Assembly (NCBI RefSeq): GCF_009914755.1
Contig: NC_060932.1
Strand: one strand, 5' to 3'
Source: the human T2T-CHM13v2.0 reference genome, Homo sapiens
DNA length: 64,000 nt
Shown: in pieces, positions 23,535 through 37,273 of the stretch
Numbering within the stretch: position 1 is the stretch's first letter
Layout of the letters: each line of letters begins with the position of its first letter
Translations under genes and position numbers: made by a program
Notes under the pieces: generated by a model
What the model was told of the DNA's origin: nothing
The model's input: only the letters and a program-made list of their open reading frames with translations
Database searches by the model: none

Positions 23535-25689
23535 GTATTTGGTTAAATATCTTTATGTAAAGAATGTGGCATTTGGTGTGAACTTTTAAAGAGCTCTTGA
23601 GATCACACTATATACAAAAAGAAATTAGACTAATGATTTGAGTTAGACTATATCCTTAATTCAAACAAATTTAGAAAAAATTGAAACCTTTTTATACATA
23701 GACATAACCTATCTATTTTGACTATTGGTCAATTAAGATTTTTAAATTATCTTTTTAAATCCAATATATGGTGTTTATTTTCTTTTAACTTAACATACAT
23801 CCGGATTTATTGTATTGCCTTTTTATGCTAACATGTTGCAGAAATGCAAACATTTCTGTTATGGTGAGTTCGTTTATACGCTTTTGTGTTTATCTCAAGG
23901 AAGTCGGAAATGTCTTAATCTTTTAGACAGTGAAGTTTATGTCCTGTCACAAAGACACAAATGCAAACTAAATGTTAAGTGTTTTATTTAAATTTTGTCA
24001 AATTGCCGTAATAATTCAAAGAACTTAACAAAATTTCATGGGAATTTTCAAAATTTCTCTGGGGAAGGTTTTAGTACAAGAATTACATTTTTATTTATTA
24101 TAAGAATAAACTTTAATTTTAAATGCTTGTTATGGGCTCTAAGTAAACTTAGTATACTCTATCTTTTACAATTTGAAAGGATTTAAACAGTAACTTGGTA
24201 AACTTATTTTGGCCTTTTCTCAAAATGGTGATAGAACTTGCAATTTTCTATATACTCTTGCCTATTGCCAATTAGGGAAAGGAAAAGAGAAAAGGAATTA
24301 CTAAAGAGATGATGGAATCTTTTAATAATTTGAACAAAAATTTTCAGAATTAAAATTTATCTAGCTTTCCAAAAGTGTATTATTTGTGGGCTATCCCCTA
24401 AATCCAAAGATTTTAAAGTAGAAACAATAAGAAAATAAGATACCACTTAACACTTTCAATTTGTCACCAAACTGCCAGAGATTAATATGATTAAAAGAGA
24501 AATAGAAGTAAAACTCAAGTAGAATTTTGCTATGACTGTATTCCTGAAAAATTAGAGAATTGAAAAATATTTGTATTTAACTTAAATTGAATATAGATTT
24601 TTTTTTTACTTTTTGCAAATAATATAAACTTTAATGATGATATTCCATTATATGTCAGACACTGGTTAAGTATTTACACAACAAATTAACTTTTCAGACT
24701 CACTTTATAGTATCCACCACATGGCTGTGTTCTATCCAAGAGAGTGTGAGTTGATTATGTACACCACTGTCACGCCCTGCATATAAATACCTTCCTCCTC
24801 TTTTGACTAGACAGAGACAAATACAGTATCTTGGAAACTATTTGTTGAAGACGGTCATCCCTCCAGATAGAACAAATGTGGTCACTGACTCAGGTCTTGA
24901 ACAGAGCTTTTGTTAATCAGGCACATCCATTTCGGAAGGAGTTGGAAATGAGCTTTTCTTATAAATAAGTAAGAACAGATATTAACATATCATAAAATTT
25001 GGAGTTTGTGTATTTTGAATTGTTTTGAACTAAAATGAAGGCTAAGTAAAATATTAATAATTTCAGAATTAAGTGTAAAACAATGAGGAAATGAACATAT
25101 TTTTAAACATTGTAAGAACAATTAAAACAATTTATTAGCAAAATCCAATGGTAATTAATAATACTAGATAACTTGGAAGTATAGTACAAGAGAAACACCA
25201 GAAGTAGTAGTCAATATCAATAGGTTTTCGTTTCTATCTCAATTACTATGCAATTTTTTGTAAGTTACTTAAGTTTTTTGTAAGTTACTTAAGTTACCAA
25301 CTCCCAGTTTTCTATATGATAAGAGTAATAAGACTTTTAAATTTGATTCCAATGAGAATGGAATGACATAGCATGTATCTAATCAATTGCAGTGTACAAC
25401 AGAAAAATAGTTATTAGATAAATTTTAGTTCCCCTTTAAATAAGGTAAAGTTTTTTTTAGTATCACAGCCTATGTAAGACTGTATCTCTCTACTGACTTT
25501 AACTTCATTTGTTAACATAAAAATTCAGTCTTAATTTATTTTAGAAACAATTATGTACTGTTACATTCTATAATTATATTTTAGAATTTATACTCTGACT
25601 GTTTTTATACTGATGAATGCCCATGACATTTTCTGAAGATGATTACTTCAGTTTTACTTTTCTTATGATCATTTTAATTTTAAAACAGT

Positions 25690-25880
25690 GATAAAAGTAA
25701 TAGCTAATGTAGTTACAGGTATTAACATAATACATTTATTATCCTATTTAATCCTCACAACAACCCAAGCAAGTAAGTGTCATTATTCTAATTTTATAGA
25801 ACAATTAACTAAGATTTACGGAGACAAAGTAATTTATGTTATATCCACTCAATTAGTAAGTGATAGAGCTGTCTAGAATC
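25690..25880 (-). mobile_element. MIR
   Basis: ATTTAATCCTCACAACAACCC...ATTATTCTAATTTTATAGA...TAGTAAGTGATAGAGC: MIR core read antisense. Confidence 0.7.
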
Positions 25881-26705
25881 ATATTACTTTCCACCATCTT
25901 TTTCAATAAAGTCATAAGTTTAAATAAAAATCCAGGGACTACTACATGAGTAGGTATGTGTGGTAATTCATTTTTAAGGGTAAATGACTGTTGGGTAAAA
26001 TGCATGTAGACACAAATAATTGGATGCATTAATATGACACAATTATTCTGAAATGTGACTGAAGCCTACAGTTTAGACATGGCAAGGAAAGAGAACCTTT
26101 CAAAGGCCCTAAGATGGAAACAGCTTTCATTGTGCTTGAGAAATTAGGATAAAGCCAGTGTGCTCAGAGCATAATGGCTGATGTGCTGGAGGTATTTTAA
26201 AGGCAGCTGTATAATGAGAGGCTCATGCAGGCTATGATCAGCCTACATAAAATTTTGTTTTGAGGGAAAAATTTCTAATTTCAGAGATGAATGACTTTTC
26301 TAGGCCAATGACAATGTCTTTTCATCTTTCTAGTGATTCATCTAAGTTTGGTGCTGATTGGAATGAGGTAGCCCAGAGGGAGAGAGGGAGGGTTAGAAGA
26401 TGACAAGGAGAGTGAAAGCCAGAGAGTGCATGCAGCTGATCAGGAGACAAAGAAGATCCACAAAAACAAAGCTCTGCAAATGCCAGAAAAAGATTCAAGC
26501 AGGAGAGGAAGGTAAGTGCCTGACAGGAGAAAAACAAACCCTTCACTCTTATTCAAGGGAAGATGAAGAAAGCTGACAGTGGTTCAGACGGATTTGTAGA
26601 GTGACATTGAGAAAATGAAAGAGGAATCCCTTTTTCATTTTACCAAGCGGTATGCAGTTACCTGTACACAAAGAGAAAAAGAGAGAGGAGGGGGTTGGGA
26701 TGGTG

Positions 26706-26706
26706 A

Positions 26707-26740
<34 letters not shown>

Positions 26741-26741
26741 G
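26706..26741 (+). repeat. (GA)n microsatellite
   Basis: Read directly. Confidence 0.9.
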
Positions 26742-26819
26742 GTATATAGATATGAAGAGACAGGGAAGGTTAGAAAGATTTGTTTCAGAGAGAGAAAGAG
26801 AGGTATTTAGAGAAACATT

Positions 26820-28832
26820 CCCAGAATGGCAGATCAAAGACTTTCAAAATTCACCATTATGGAAAAACCACTGAGAACATTGTCAAAAGTGTCAAATTCA
26901 ACATGTTCATTAAATTAAAAGCTTGAAACAATGCAAGAAGCCTTTAAAAACAAACAAACATTGAATCCAGATAAAAACAGCAAATTTTGTAGCCTCTTAA
27001 CTTGCCCTATTCCCATTCAGTCTTTCCACATAACCACAATCAACTTGAAGACCAACCTTACATTGACAGTAGCTGTGAAAACCAGCAGCCAAGGAAACAC
27101 TGGAAGATGCACAATGAGCTTGGAGCTGTCCAAAGGCTACACCCCACAGAATCTCAGGGGTTGTCTTTATTTGATGCAACTCAGAATTTAGTTTATGTAA
27201 ACAAGTCTGTGCTGAGAGCATTTGTCAAAAATAAGGAGTGCCAAATGATTAATATTACAGATGCCTGAGGTGGCAATTCCAGTTGGAGATACCAAAAGGC
27301 TGGCCAGAATCCTTCAGAGGAAAACTAGGAATGAGATATCAATAGGATGCAGCAAATAGGTCTGACATATTCATAGGACTCAAGAAAGACATGTACATGT
27401 TCAGGGCTGGAAAAGACTCAAAAAGGCCCTAAGCTCTCACCTCTGGCTGACTTTAAGGTCCTGTACAAACATATAATATGACAGAATTATAAACTGTTTA
27501 CTAAAGTATTGAAAAACGCATATAACACACACACAAAGCTATTTGACAAAAGCTGGGAGACATATTGATTCAAGGTCTTTAAGAAAATTTTTGCATTGTG
27601 ATTACTTAATTCCTTAACTAAGAGAATTTAACAACCATACTGGAAAAAAGAATAGACACCCTAAAAATTATTTCAGGAATCTAACAAAAAACAACAGCAA
27701 TAATGAGAGCAACAAGAAATAACAATACTAACAAACACTAGCAGGAGGGTTCATTTCAAATGATACCACATTACATTATTTAAAATTTTTGGTTTTAATG
27801 AAAAGAATTATGGTGCATACAAAGAAACAGGAAAGTTTGTCCTGCATACAGAAAAATAAAAACAAGTCAATAGAAACTGTTTCTGAGGAAACTCAGACAC
27901 TAGACTTACTAGATGAAAACTTTAAATCAATTATTACAAATATGTTTAATGAAGAAAGGGAGAATATGTTTACAAAATTGTAAGAATGTATGAGAATGAT
28001 GTATTCATTAAATAATATCACTAAAGAGAAATAGAAATGAGTTTTAAATGAAACTAATAGATACTCTGGAGTTGAAAAATACAATAACTGATATTAAAAA
28101 TTCACTAGAAAAGCTTAATAACATTTAAGAGAGTAAAACAATCAGGTAATTTGAATATAGATCAATTGAAATCATCTAGTCTGAAGAACAGAAAGAAAAA
28201 GTAATGAAGAAAAGTGAACAGAGCCTCAGCGACCTGTGTACCATAATAGAAGTCCAGGAAGAAGAAGTAGAGAGAGAAAGGGGCAAAAAGATGGCTAAAA
28301 GTTTCCAAAATTTATGAAAGATGTTAATCTACACATCCAAGAAGCTTAATTAACTCTAGCATACATTCAAAGAGGTCCACATGCACATGTATCATAGTCA
28401 AACTGTTGAAAACCAAAGACAATAATAGAAGTGACTTACTGTGTAAAAAGGATTATCAGTAAGATTATCAGCTGAGTTCTCATCAGAAACCATGGAAATC
28501 ATAAGGCAGAAAGGTGACATGTTCAAAGTGCTAAATAATAATGTCAACCAATAACTTTACGTCTAGTAAATCAATGCTTCAAAATGAATGATGTATTGAC
28601 ATTCCCAGATAAACAAAAACAGAGAATTCTCTCTAAGAAGACCTAGCAGATGTGTCATAAAAAAATTATAAAAGGAGTCCTTCATGCTGAAATGAAAAGA
28701 CACTAGACAATAATTAAAATCCACTTGAAAAAATAAAGAGCACCAGAAAGATAATGATGTAGGCAATTATTTTTTTAAATACATTTTTGTTTGTAATTTT
28801 TTCCTCTCCTATCTATTTTTTTAAAGCTGCAC
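26820..28832 (+). mobile_element. Old L1M 5'UTR + degenerate ORF1 + inter-ORF region
   Basis: AAGAAACAGGAAAG, CAGACACTAGACTTACTAGA, GAACAGAGCCTCAGCGACCTGTG, CACATCCAAGAAGCT, TTCTCATCAGAAACCATGGA: L1M ORF1 landmarks with many stops. Confidence 0.85.
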
Positions 28833-30745
28833 ATGTGCCAAAAGGTGAAAATTCTCCCCCTCTACATGAAGCAGCAGTGTTACCAAATCCAATAACATGC
28901 AAGCCATAAAGATGTCTATATTAGGGTGAGTAAAGAGGATTTGCTGGAAACCACTCCCCTGGAGAGCAGCAGGAGAGGCATATTCTGTGTCCTGGAGATA
29001 GACAACAGTGTGTGTCTGAAAAGAAACTCATGAGCCCTGGGATAGGGGTGTGATAGTGAAACAGTGTTCTGGTCTTTCTGGGAGGTGGAGCTAGTGCAGA
29101 CCCCTTACCTCACCCAGAGACATAGGTCATTTCACCAGAAGCTCCCCCAGGCACTCTAGTCCATGCTGGTACCTGTGCTTGTCATTGAAACATCCATGGG
29201 CAAGCCAGGTGGTCCAGCTGTGCCTAGTTGCATCTCACCTTCTCCTCTGCAAAAATGAAGCTCAGGGCACTGGATGTTGTACAGTCCAGCACATCATCTG
29301 AAACAACAGAGAACACCTCACAATAAACAAAGACCAAGTACATACCCATCTGCTCTTGTCTCAGCTGCCTCTTACCCATAAGCATCACCTACTGGCCTGT
29401 AGGTTAAACTGCACAACCCAATATAAATCTGGCTGATGGAAGAACAGAGGGCTACAGAAGCAAAGCTAAAATACCCTACCACAAATCCTCTACAGTAACA
29501 CCCTTGTCAGGGGTTGAGGGCACAAATAAATCCGTGAATAAAATTAGATAAAAAACCCAATCTAAATAAAAGTAAATTCAAAACCAACAAGTGTCAGCTT
29601 CTCCAGATGACAAGTAACCAGTGTAAGAATTCTGGTACCATGAAAAACCTGAATGTTGTGACACCACCAATGGATCACACTAGCTCTCTAGCAAAGAACT
29701 CTAACCACAATGAAAACTCTGAAATGGCAGATAGATAATTCAAAGTATAGATTGCAAAGAAGATCATTGAGATCCAAGAGAAGGTAGAAAGCCAACACAA
29801 TGAAACCACAAAAGCAATCCAGGAAATGAAGAAAGAGATAGATATATTTAAAAAAAAAAAAAAAAAAGAACTACTGGAAATAAAAAATTCACTTAAGGAA
29901 TTTAAACGTGTAGCTGAAAACTTTAGCCATAGAATAAACCAAGCAGAAGAAATAATTTCGTAGCTTGAAGATCAGTCAAATCTGTCTTTCAAAGTAACCC
30001 AGTCAGACAAAAATAAAAAAAAAATAAACCCAATGCCTTTGAGAAATGTAAAATTATTTAAGTGATCAAACATATAATTTACAGAAATTCCTGAGGAAGA
30101 GGAAGAAAAATAAAGAAATTTGGAAAGCATATTTAAGGAAATAATGCAGGATTTTTTTTTATTTTGCTAGAGATGTAGACATCAAGATACAATAAATTAG
30201 TCAACGCCTGGGAGATGTGACACAAAACAAATGTCAAAAAGCATATAGACATCAGACTATCTTTCTTAGATATGCCACTGAGAAAGAACATATCTTAAAA
30301 TCATCTAGAGAAAAATGATGAATCTCCTATAAGTGGAATCCCATTATACTAATAGCAGACTTAACAGAAACACTACAAGCCAGGAGAGATTGGGAGCCTG
30401 TTTTTTGCCCCCTTCAAAAAAATTGTCAGCCAAGAATTTTATATCCTACCTAACTAAGCTTCTTAATTGAAGGAGAGATAGTCTTTCCCAGACAAGCAAA
30501 TACTAAGCGAATTTATCACCACTAGATTGGTCCTATAAGACATGCTCAAGGAAGTTCCAAACATGTAAACAAGAGGATGCTACTCATCATTATAAAAAGA
30601 CCTGTAAGTATAAAGATCACAGATTTTACAAAGCAATTACACAATTGAAACTCCAAGGCAACTAGCTAACAACATTATGTCAGGAACAACACCTCACATA
30701 TCAATACTAACCTTAAACATAAATAGCCTAAATGTTCCACTTAAA
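28833..30745 (+). mobile_element. Second, younger L1 (L1PB-like) 5'UTR/ORF1 and first codons of ORF2
   Basis: AAGAATTCTGGTACCATGAAAAA..GGATCACACTAGCTCTCTAGCAA, CTACAAGCCAGGAGAGATTGGG. Ends in CCTCACATATCAATACTAACCTT...CCACTTAAA (endonuclease start, PHISILTL-like). Confidence 0.8.
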
Positions 30746-32185
30746 TCCTGCAGCTAAAAACATGCTTAACAGTGAGAGACTGAATGTTTCCCCTTCAGAT
30801 GAGGTAGAAGACAAGGAAGTCCACTCTTGCCATTTCTATTCAACATTTTACTGTAGTTTTTGCCAGAGTAATTAGGCAAGAGGAAAAAAAGTTACCCAAA
30901 TGGACAGAAAGAAGTAAAATTATCTCCATTCTCAGATAACATGATCTTGTACAGAGAAAACTTAAGAAATCTGCATCAAAACTATTGAGTTAGTAAATAA
31001 GTTCAGCAAAGTTGTGGGATACATAATCAACACACAAAAGGACAATGCATTTCCATACACTAACAATGTACAATGTGAAAATGAAGTTAAGAAAAACAAT
31101 AGGATGAATAAATTTAACAATGAAGTACAAGACTTGTATACTGAATACTATAAAACATCATTGAAGAAAATTAAAACCTAAATAAATGTAAAGACACATT
31201 ACGTTATTATATCAAAAGACTTAACATTGTTTATGTGATGTTTTAGTCAGCTAGGTCAGCCATAAGAAAATACCATACACTTGATGTCTAAAACAACAGA
31301 AATTTATTTCTCACAGATCTGGAGTCTTGGAAGTCCAAATTCAAGGGGCTGGCATAACAGGTTTCATTTGAGATCTCATCTGTTGGCTTGTAGGTGACTG
31401 CCATTTCACTGTGTACTCTCATGATCTTTCAATTGTCCACGCAAGAGGAAAATTAGTGATTTCTCTCTTCCTTTACTTATAGGACTATTAATCAGACCAA
31501 ATTAGGGCTCCCATCCTTATGACTTCATTTAACCTTAATTACCTCCTTATAGACCCTATCTCCAAATAGGGGTCACATTGGGGATTAGGACTTCAACATG
31601 TGAATGGGGAGAGGTACAATTCTGTCCATAGCAGATGGCAATACTTCCTAATGAATCTACAAATTCAGTGCAGTTCACCTCAAATTTCCAGTTGCCTTTT
31701 TAAACTTGTTTATTTATTTTATTTTATCTTGCAGAAATTGGGAAATTGACTCAAAACTGGGTTTTGGAAATTAAAGGGACACAGAGTAGCCAAAAAAATC
31801 TTGAATAAAGAATAAGTCATAGAGGACTCACAGTTTTTTTTTATTTTAAAACACTAAAGGCTTGAATGATCAAGACAGCATAAGTGTAATATTGGCATAA
31901 TAGACATATACATACACAATACAGGTAGGTCAGTGGAACAAAATTGAGAGTTCAGAAATAAATCCTCACATTCAGGGTCAATTGATTTCCAACAAGCATG
32001 TCATGACAATTTACCAAGAAATAATAATATTTTTAACAATATTTCTGGTTTCTTAAGGGAAATAAAAAATGTTCTAAAGTTAGGCATGATGGTTACACAA
32101 TTGTGTGAATATATTAAATTACTAAATTGTACACTTTAAAAGAATGGATTTTAAGGTATGTGAATTTTGTCATTAAACTGTTATA
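30746..32185 (+). mobile_element. Old L1M ORF2 (RT region) fragments and 3' end, interrupted by MLT1B
   Basis: AAGACAAGGAAGTCCACTCTTGCCATTTCTATTCAACAT (RQG.PL..LFN-like) and CAGATAACATGATC (ADD-motif region). 3' end AATTGTACACTTTAAAAG..GGTATGTGAATT. Confidence 0.8.
31239..31633 (-). mobile_element. MLT1B-type solo LTR inserted in L1
   Basis: TGTTTTAGTCAG...AACAACAGAAATTTATTTCTCACAG...CCTTATGACTTCATTTAACCTTAATTACCTC...CCATAGCA. L1 resumes with GATGGCAATACTTCC. Confidence 0.85.
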
Positions 32186-32570
32186 GAAAGGAAGAACGAA
32201 AGATACAAAGAAAGCTATTAGTGAGATAAACAGTTCCAGACAGTGTTAAATGTTTGATGTACTCTATCGGAAATTTAATACAAAGGGAGTCATCCTGGCT
32301 TTGTACTTTTTCAAAATATGTGTTCAAATATATTTGTGCTTCTTTGGAGAAGGCCAACTGCTGGGCTCAGCCACAATGTTCTTACATTTTCATGTTTTGG
32401 AATGATAGCAAAATATAGGAAAAGTCTTCCGAGGTTATTTGCAATCAATTTAGTGCAATAAAAACCATGACATCTAAGTAATGCTGGGAGAGAAAAGAAA
32501 ACAGGAAAGATTGCATGAATAATAGAAAAAGTTTGCATCAATGAACTGGAAATATAAAAGGAGGTGATGA

Positions 32571-32921
<351 letters not shown>

Positions 32922-34693
32922 TAAAGTGAAGAGAAGGCCACAGGGGATGAGAAAGCCAATGAACCAAGACACTGGGATTTGGAATGGGTTGTCCTATGGC
33001 TGCTGCTGATGACAATGTTGGCAGGAGTTGAAATGCAGTAGACAGGTGCTAACAGTTTTTAAAAATAAAGAAGTGACTGTGATGAGTTGTACAGATGGCA
33101 GCATGGGGAGGAAAGCATGGCAATAAGTTCTGAGAGAGGCTGAAATAGCAGGTCATTTTGGAGGATTGTGGAGTGGGCAATGCTTCAAAGATATGGCAGG
33201 TAAATTTTAAAAAGAACACTATGTCACCTTAAGATCCTGAGATGAAAGGGCAAATGAAGAGAGAAAGATTAAATGAGCCTTGGGATAAGACCAGGTTTCT
33301 CACAAAACAGTCAAGACAATGCTATGAGAAGGCGAATAGATGTAAGAGAGTTTGCAGATTGTAAAGCATGATTTCTGATAAATATATCAAGATATTTCTG
33401 ATGAAAGAGGATGCAGTGGAGAATATCCAAAGGGTTGTGTGTGGGCTGTAGGATGAAGCAGCACTATAGAAGATAAGCATGTGGATGATGACGGGTGGCC
33501 ACTGAGATTTGCACCTGAAGTATACAGAAGGTAAGGCATAATGCAATCATTCAGAAAATATCAACAGCAAAGCGAAACTCTGGTAAAAGAAGATGAGGTT
33601 TGAAAAATGTTCAGTCAATTTAAATTCAGGTAGGTTATTGGTAGTTGACAAAAGCTTTTGAAATGTACTCTTAAGATGTGAAATTATCCAAAATATATTG
33701 AGGAAAAGGTCATACTCAAATGAGTGTTCATTTACTGCATATATAACTAATTCTGGCCCAGCTGACTATTTGATAACTGGTGGTTTGCTTTGCAGCAGGC
33801 TCTCCTTCCTCTGCTCCTGGGGCAGAGTGAGGAGTAACATCCTGAGGCAGAGGAGAGAGGTCATCCTCCTCGCCCCCTGTTATCCTCACCATAATTATGT
33901 TAAATTATAGTTAAATGATTCCTCTTATTAGCATCAATTGAAATTAATTATTCTGATATATTCTGCTCGTATCTGAGATGGCGAGAGCAGAGAATGTTGA
34001 GTTTTCCTATTGGCATCACCCTGAGAAACATTCATAAAGTAATTTTCTGTATCTTCATTAATATTAAGTGCAGACAAAAGAAGCAAAGGACACACAAGTA
34101 ATACATTTTAAATACCTGACACATGCATAGAAACATGTAGGCTTCTTTCTGAAAGGATGTGAAGGTTTCTTTCTTGTCAATGAGTGAAGCATTCCTGATA
34201 GTTTTGTTGTTGACACTATCATGAAGAGTTTGCTAGGTCTATTATCTGGTAGAAAAAATTGAATTGTTTTGAAGCATGAGATTATAATGCCTGACTTTAC
34301 TTGTTTTAAATACATTGAAATAAATGTACTTTTTCTCTGTTGAAAATTTAAATTTCAGTGTTTCTGGAGCAAGGATTGTAGATCACCTACAAAACTTATT
34401 TTCCTGACTTCTGATAACCCCTCTGAGAGAACACAGGAGCAGAGCCAGGACAAGACGCTGTGATTTCTCATGGATCTGGAAATGTATTATGTTAATATTT
34501 TCCTAACAGGCAAAATGTCTGTAGTTTTGTGAAAAAGAAACTTGCAGAAGTGGAAGTGAGTAGATTTTAAAAGAACAGTTTTCAACATTATAAACTTGAA
34601 TGACAAATGCTGTTGTAGTGTTGTTGAAAGAAACTCTTTTAGATATGAATATGAGCCCCCATTTGCCTCATCCACACAAAAAATAGATATGTA

Positions 34694-34985
<292 letters not shown>

Positions 34986-35616
34986 AAAAATAGATATGTA
35001 TTTGTTTTTACATAAACCAATATTTGGAATTTGAACCTTGGGCCACCTCCCATGCATTTCTGCTGTATCCAAGGATAACATGTTAGAAATAAAGGAACAA
35101 CACGGGAGGAAAAGGGCCAGAGGCTCTCAGCTCAGAGGACCGTATTACTGGAGGGTAAGTGTGAGCTGTGATTTCATAGCTAAAGATCACCCGGGATGAG
35201 GAAACTTAGCAGCCTGGGAGCCCTTGTGTTCTCAGAGTGTCTCTGACAAGCAATCCTTGACAGCAAGTCTGCACTTCCAACAAATGGTAACCACTGTTTA
35301 GGTGATGAATGGCAGCGGTAGTTTCTTGGGTCTGCCAAGAACAAGGTGAGCCAGCTGTTCTCTGGCATCACAAGTCAGAAGGAATCTTGTGCAAAGTAAA
35401 AAACAATTTGCATGCTTTTGCTTTTTACTTCCCTGGGATTTCTTTTTGCTAGTCTCATGACCACCATTTTTTCTTACTGCAAGAAGTAAACAAAAAGAAA
35501 TAGAAGTTATTAGAGAACTCGAGGGGCTTATGAAAATCTCAGTAACTCAAGTATGGTGGGAAATTTTCTTTTGAATCTTTTCTATAATTTTGTGTTCAGT
35601 TTGTATATACACCCAA

Positions 35617-35626
35617 ACACACACAG

Positions 35627-35657
<31 letters not shown>
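35617..35657 (+). repeat. (CA)n microsatellite
   Basis: Read directly; abuts the Tigger2 terminus. Confidence 0.95.
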
Positions 35658-35658
<1 letters not shown>

Positions 35659-35660
35659 TA

Positions 35661-36174
35661 CAGTTGACCCTTGAACAATGCAGGGGTTAGCAGCATTGAT
35701 GCCCCCTCCCACATAGTCAAAACTTGGTGTATAACTTTTGACTCCCCAAAATTTTAACTACCAATTGCCTACTGTTTATCAGAATCCTTACTGATAACAT
35801 AACCACTTAACACATACTTTGTATGTGTTTATATATATATATATATACATACTGTATTATTATAATAAAGTAAGCTAGAGAAAGTAGAATATTATTAAGA
35901 GAATCGTAAGAGAAAATATACTTACTATTCATTAACTGCAAGTGAATCATCATAAAATTTTTCTCCCTCATCGTCTTCACAGTGAGTAGATTGAGAAGGA
36001 GCAGGGAGAGGAGGGGTTGGCCTCACTGTCTCAGGGGTGGCAGAGACGGAAGAGGTGGAGGAGGTGGCAAGGGAGGTGGGAGAAGCAGGCATACTTGGTG
36101 TATATTTTATTTTTAAAATTCCATGTATAAGCGGACCCACACAGTTCAATACCTTGTTGTTCAAGGGTCAACAG
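35661..36174 (-). mobile_element. Tigger2a-type non-autonomous DNA transposon
   Basis: Terminal inverted repeats CAGTTGACCCTTGAACAA (35661) and TTGTTCAAGGGTCAACAG (ends 36174), each flanked by TA. Confidence 0.92.
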
Positions 36175-36889
36175 TATATATAATTGTTTAAACAATTTCT
36201 TGTTTCTTGGGCCTCACAGCTCTCAATAATAAAGATCACAATCAAATGATTACTTTACTCCAGCTTCTTCCAAAGCTCCTGGAATTCCAAATCCAGTCAT
36301 CCTTCCTTCACTTCCCTGGTTGATATTCACATTTGCCCTTTATGAAGGTCTCATTCTTCAATTACATTATCTTGCTGAGTTTTCAGGAAAACAAATGTGA
36401 GGCAATGCAAGACGGATTATATCTCTTGGGCCATGGCATCTCCTGGGCTTTAAACGAAATCCTGTAAGTCACCACTTTGATCTGTGATACTAGAGAAACA
36501 CTGGTTATTTTTCTCCAAGTGGACAGTAGCTTAAGAAGAGCATACGTTTTAATCAACTCTGGATGCACTGAGAACTCCGTGTGACACTGCTCTTCCCCAG
36601 TGTGAGGGGGAACACAGGACCCTTCACAGTCTGGCTCTAACCTTTCTACCTCAGCCATTTCCACTCTATCCACATACCCAATATTTCTCTCCCGCAACTT
36701 TTTCCACCATTCCCTAGTCATATCAGGGTCTTTGTTTACACTGTTTCTGGTCTTTCTGCCTAGGCTGCCTTCTGTCCCAATCTTCATTCAATGACCTCCC
36801 ACACATCATTTTTATGCAAAAATCCTTCCTAGATTCTCTTTAGGGAAAACCAGCTAGGCAGAATATCCTTGTCACCAAATAAATGCATT

Positions 36890-37273
36890 TTTATTCATTA
36901 GATGTCCCTGGGAAACAGCTTTTGAGGCAGAGATTTAGATGCAAGAGGTTTCATGGATAGTGTTTTCCGGATGCTTATAAGGAAAAGATAAAGCTCAGCT
37001 GGGCAGGTGATGAAGTTGAGCTGTGATGGAGTTGCAGTAGAGTGCTTAGTTGATCCTAGCAGGGGTCTGGAGTTGGGATGGCTTTTCAGAGTTGTCTGGA
37101 ATAGAGGCAGAGACAGGGTCTACACATCAATAATAGGATGTTGGCTGCCCCGGGGGAGAAGCATGGTTTGTGTTGAGGCTGTGCTGTTTGACCAAGAAGC
37201 ATAAGCAGGGGCCACACCGGGAGCATCAGCTGAAAATATTCCTGGCAGAAATTGTGGAAGGCAACACACTACA
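36890..37273 (-). mobile_element. LTR16-type ERVL LTR (3' LTR of adjacent internal fragment)
   Basis: CCCTGGGAAACAG..TGAGGCAGAGATT..GAAGTTGAGCTGTGATG..CTGGAGTTGGGATGGC..TTCAGAGTTGTC. On the minus strand it begins GGAC|TGTAGT after a PPT-like stretch. Confidence 0.7.

Noticed and set aside
33865-33885. CTCF-like CGCCCCCTG
   Set aside because: Only the GGGGGCG half matches; the conserved CC.C side reads ATAAC.
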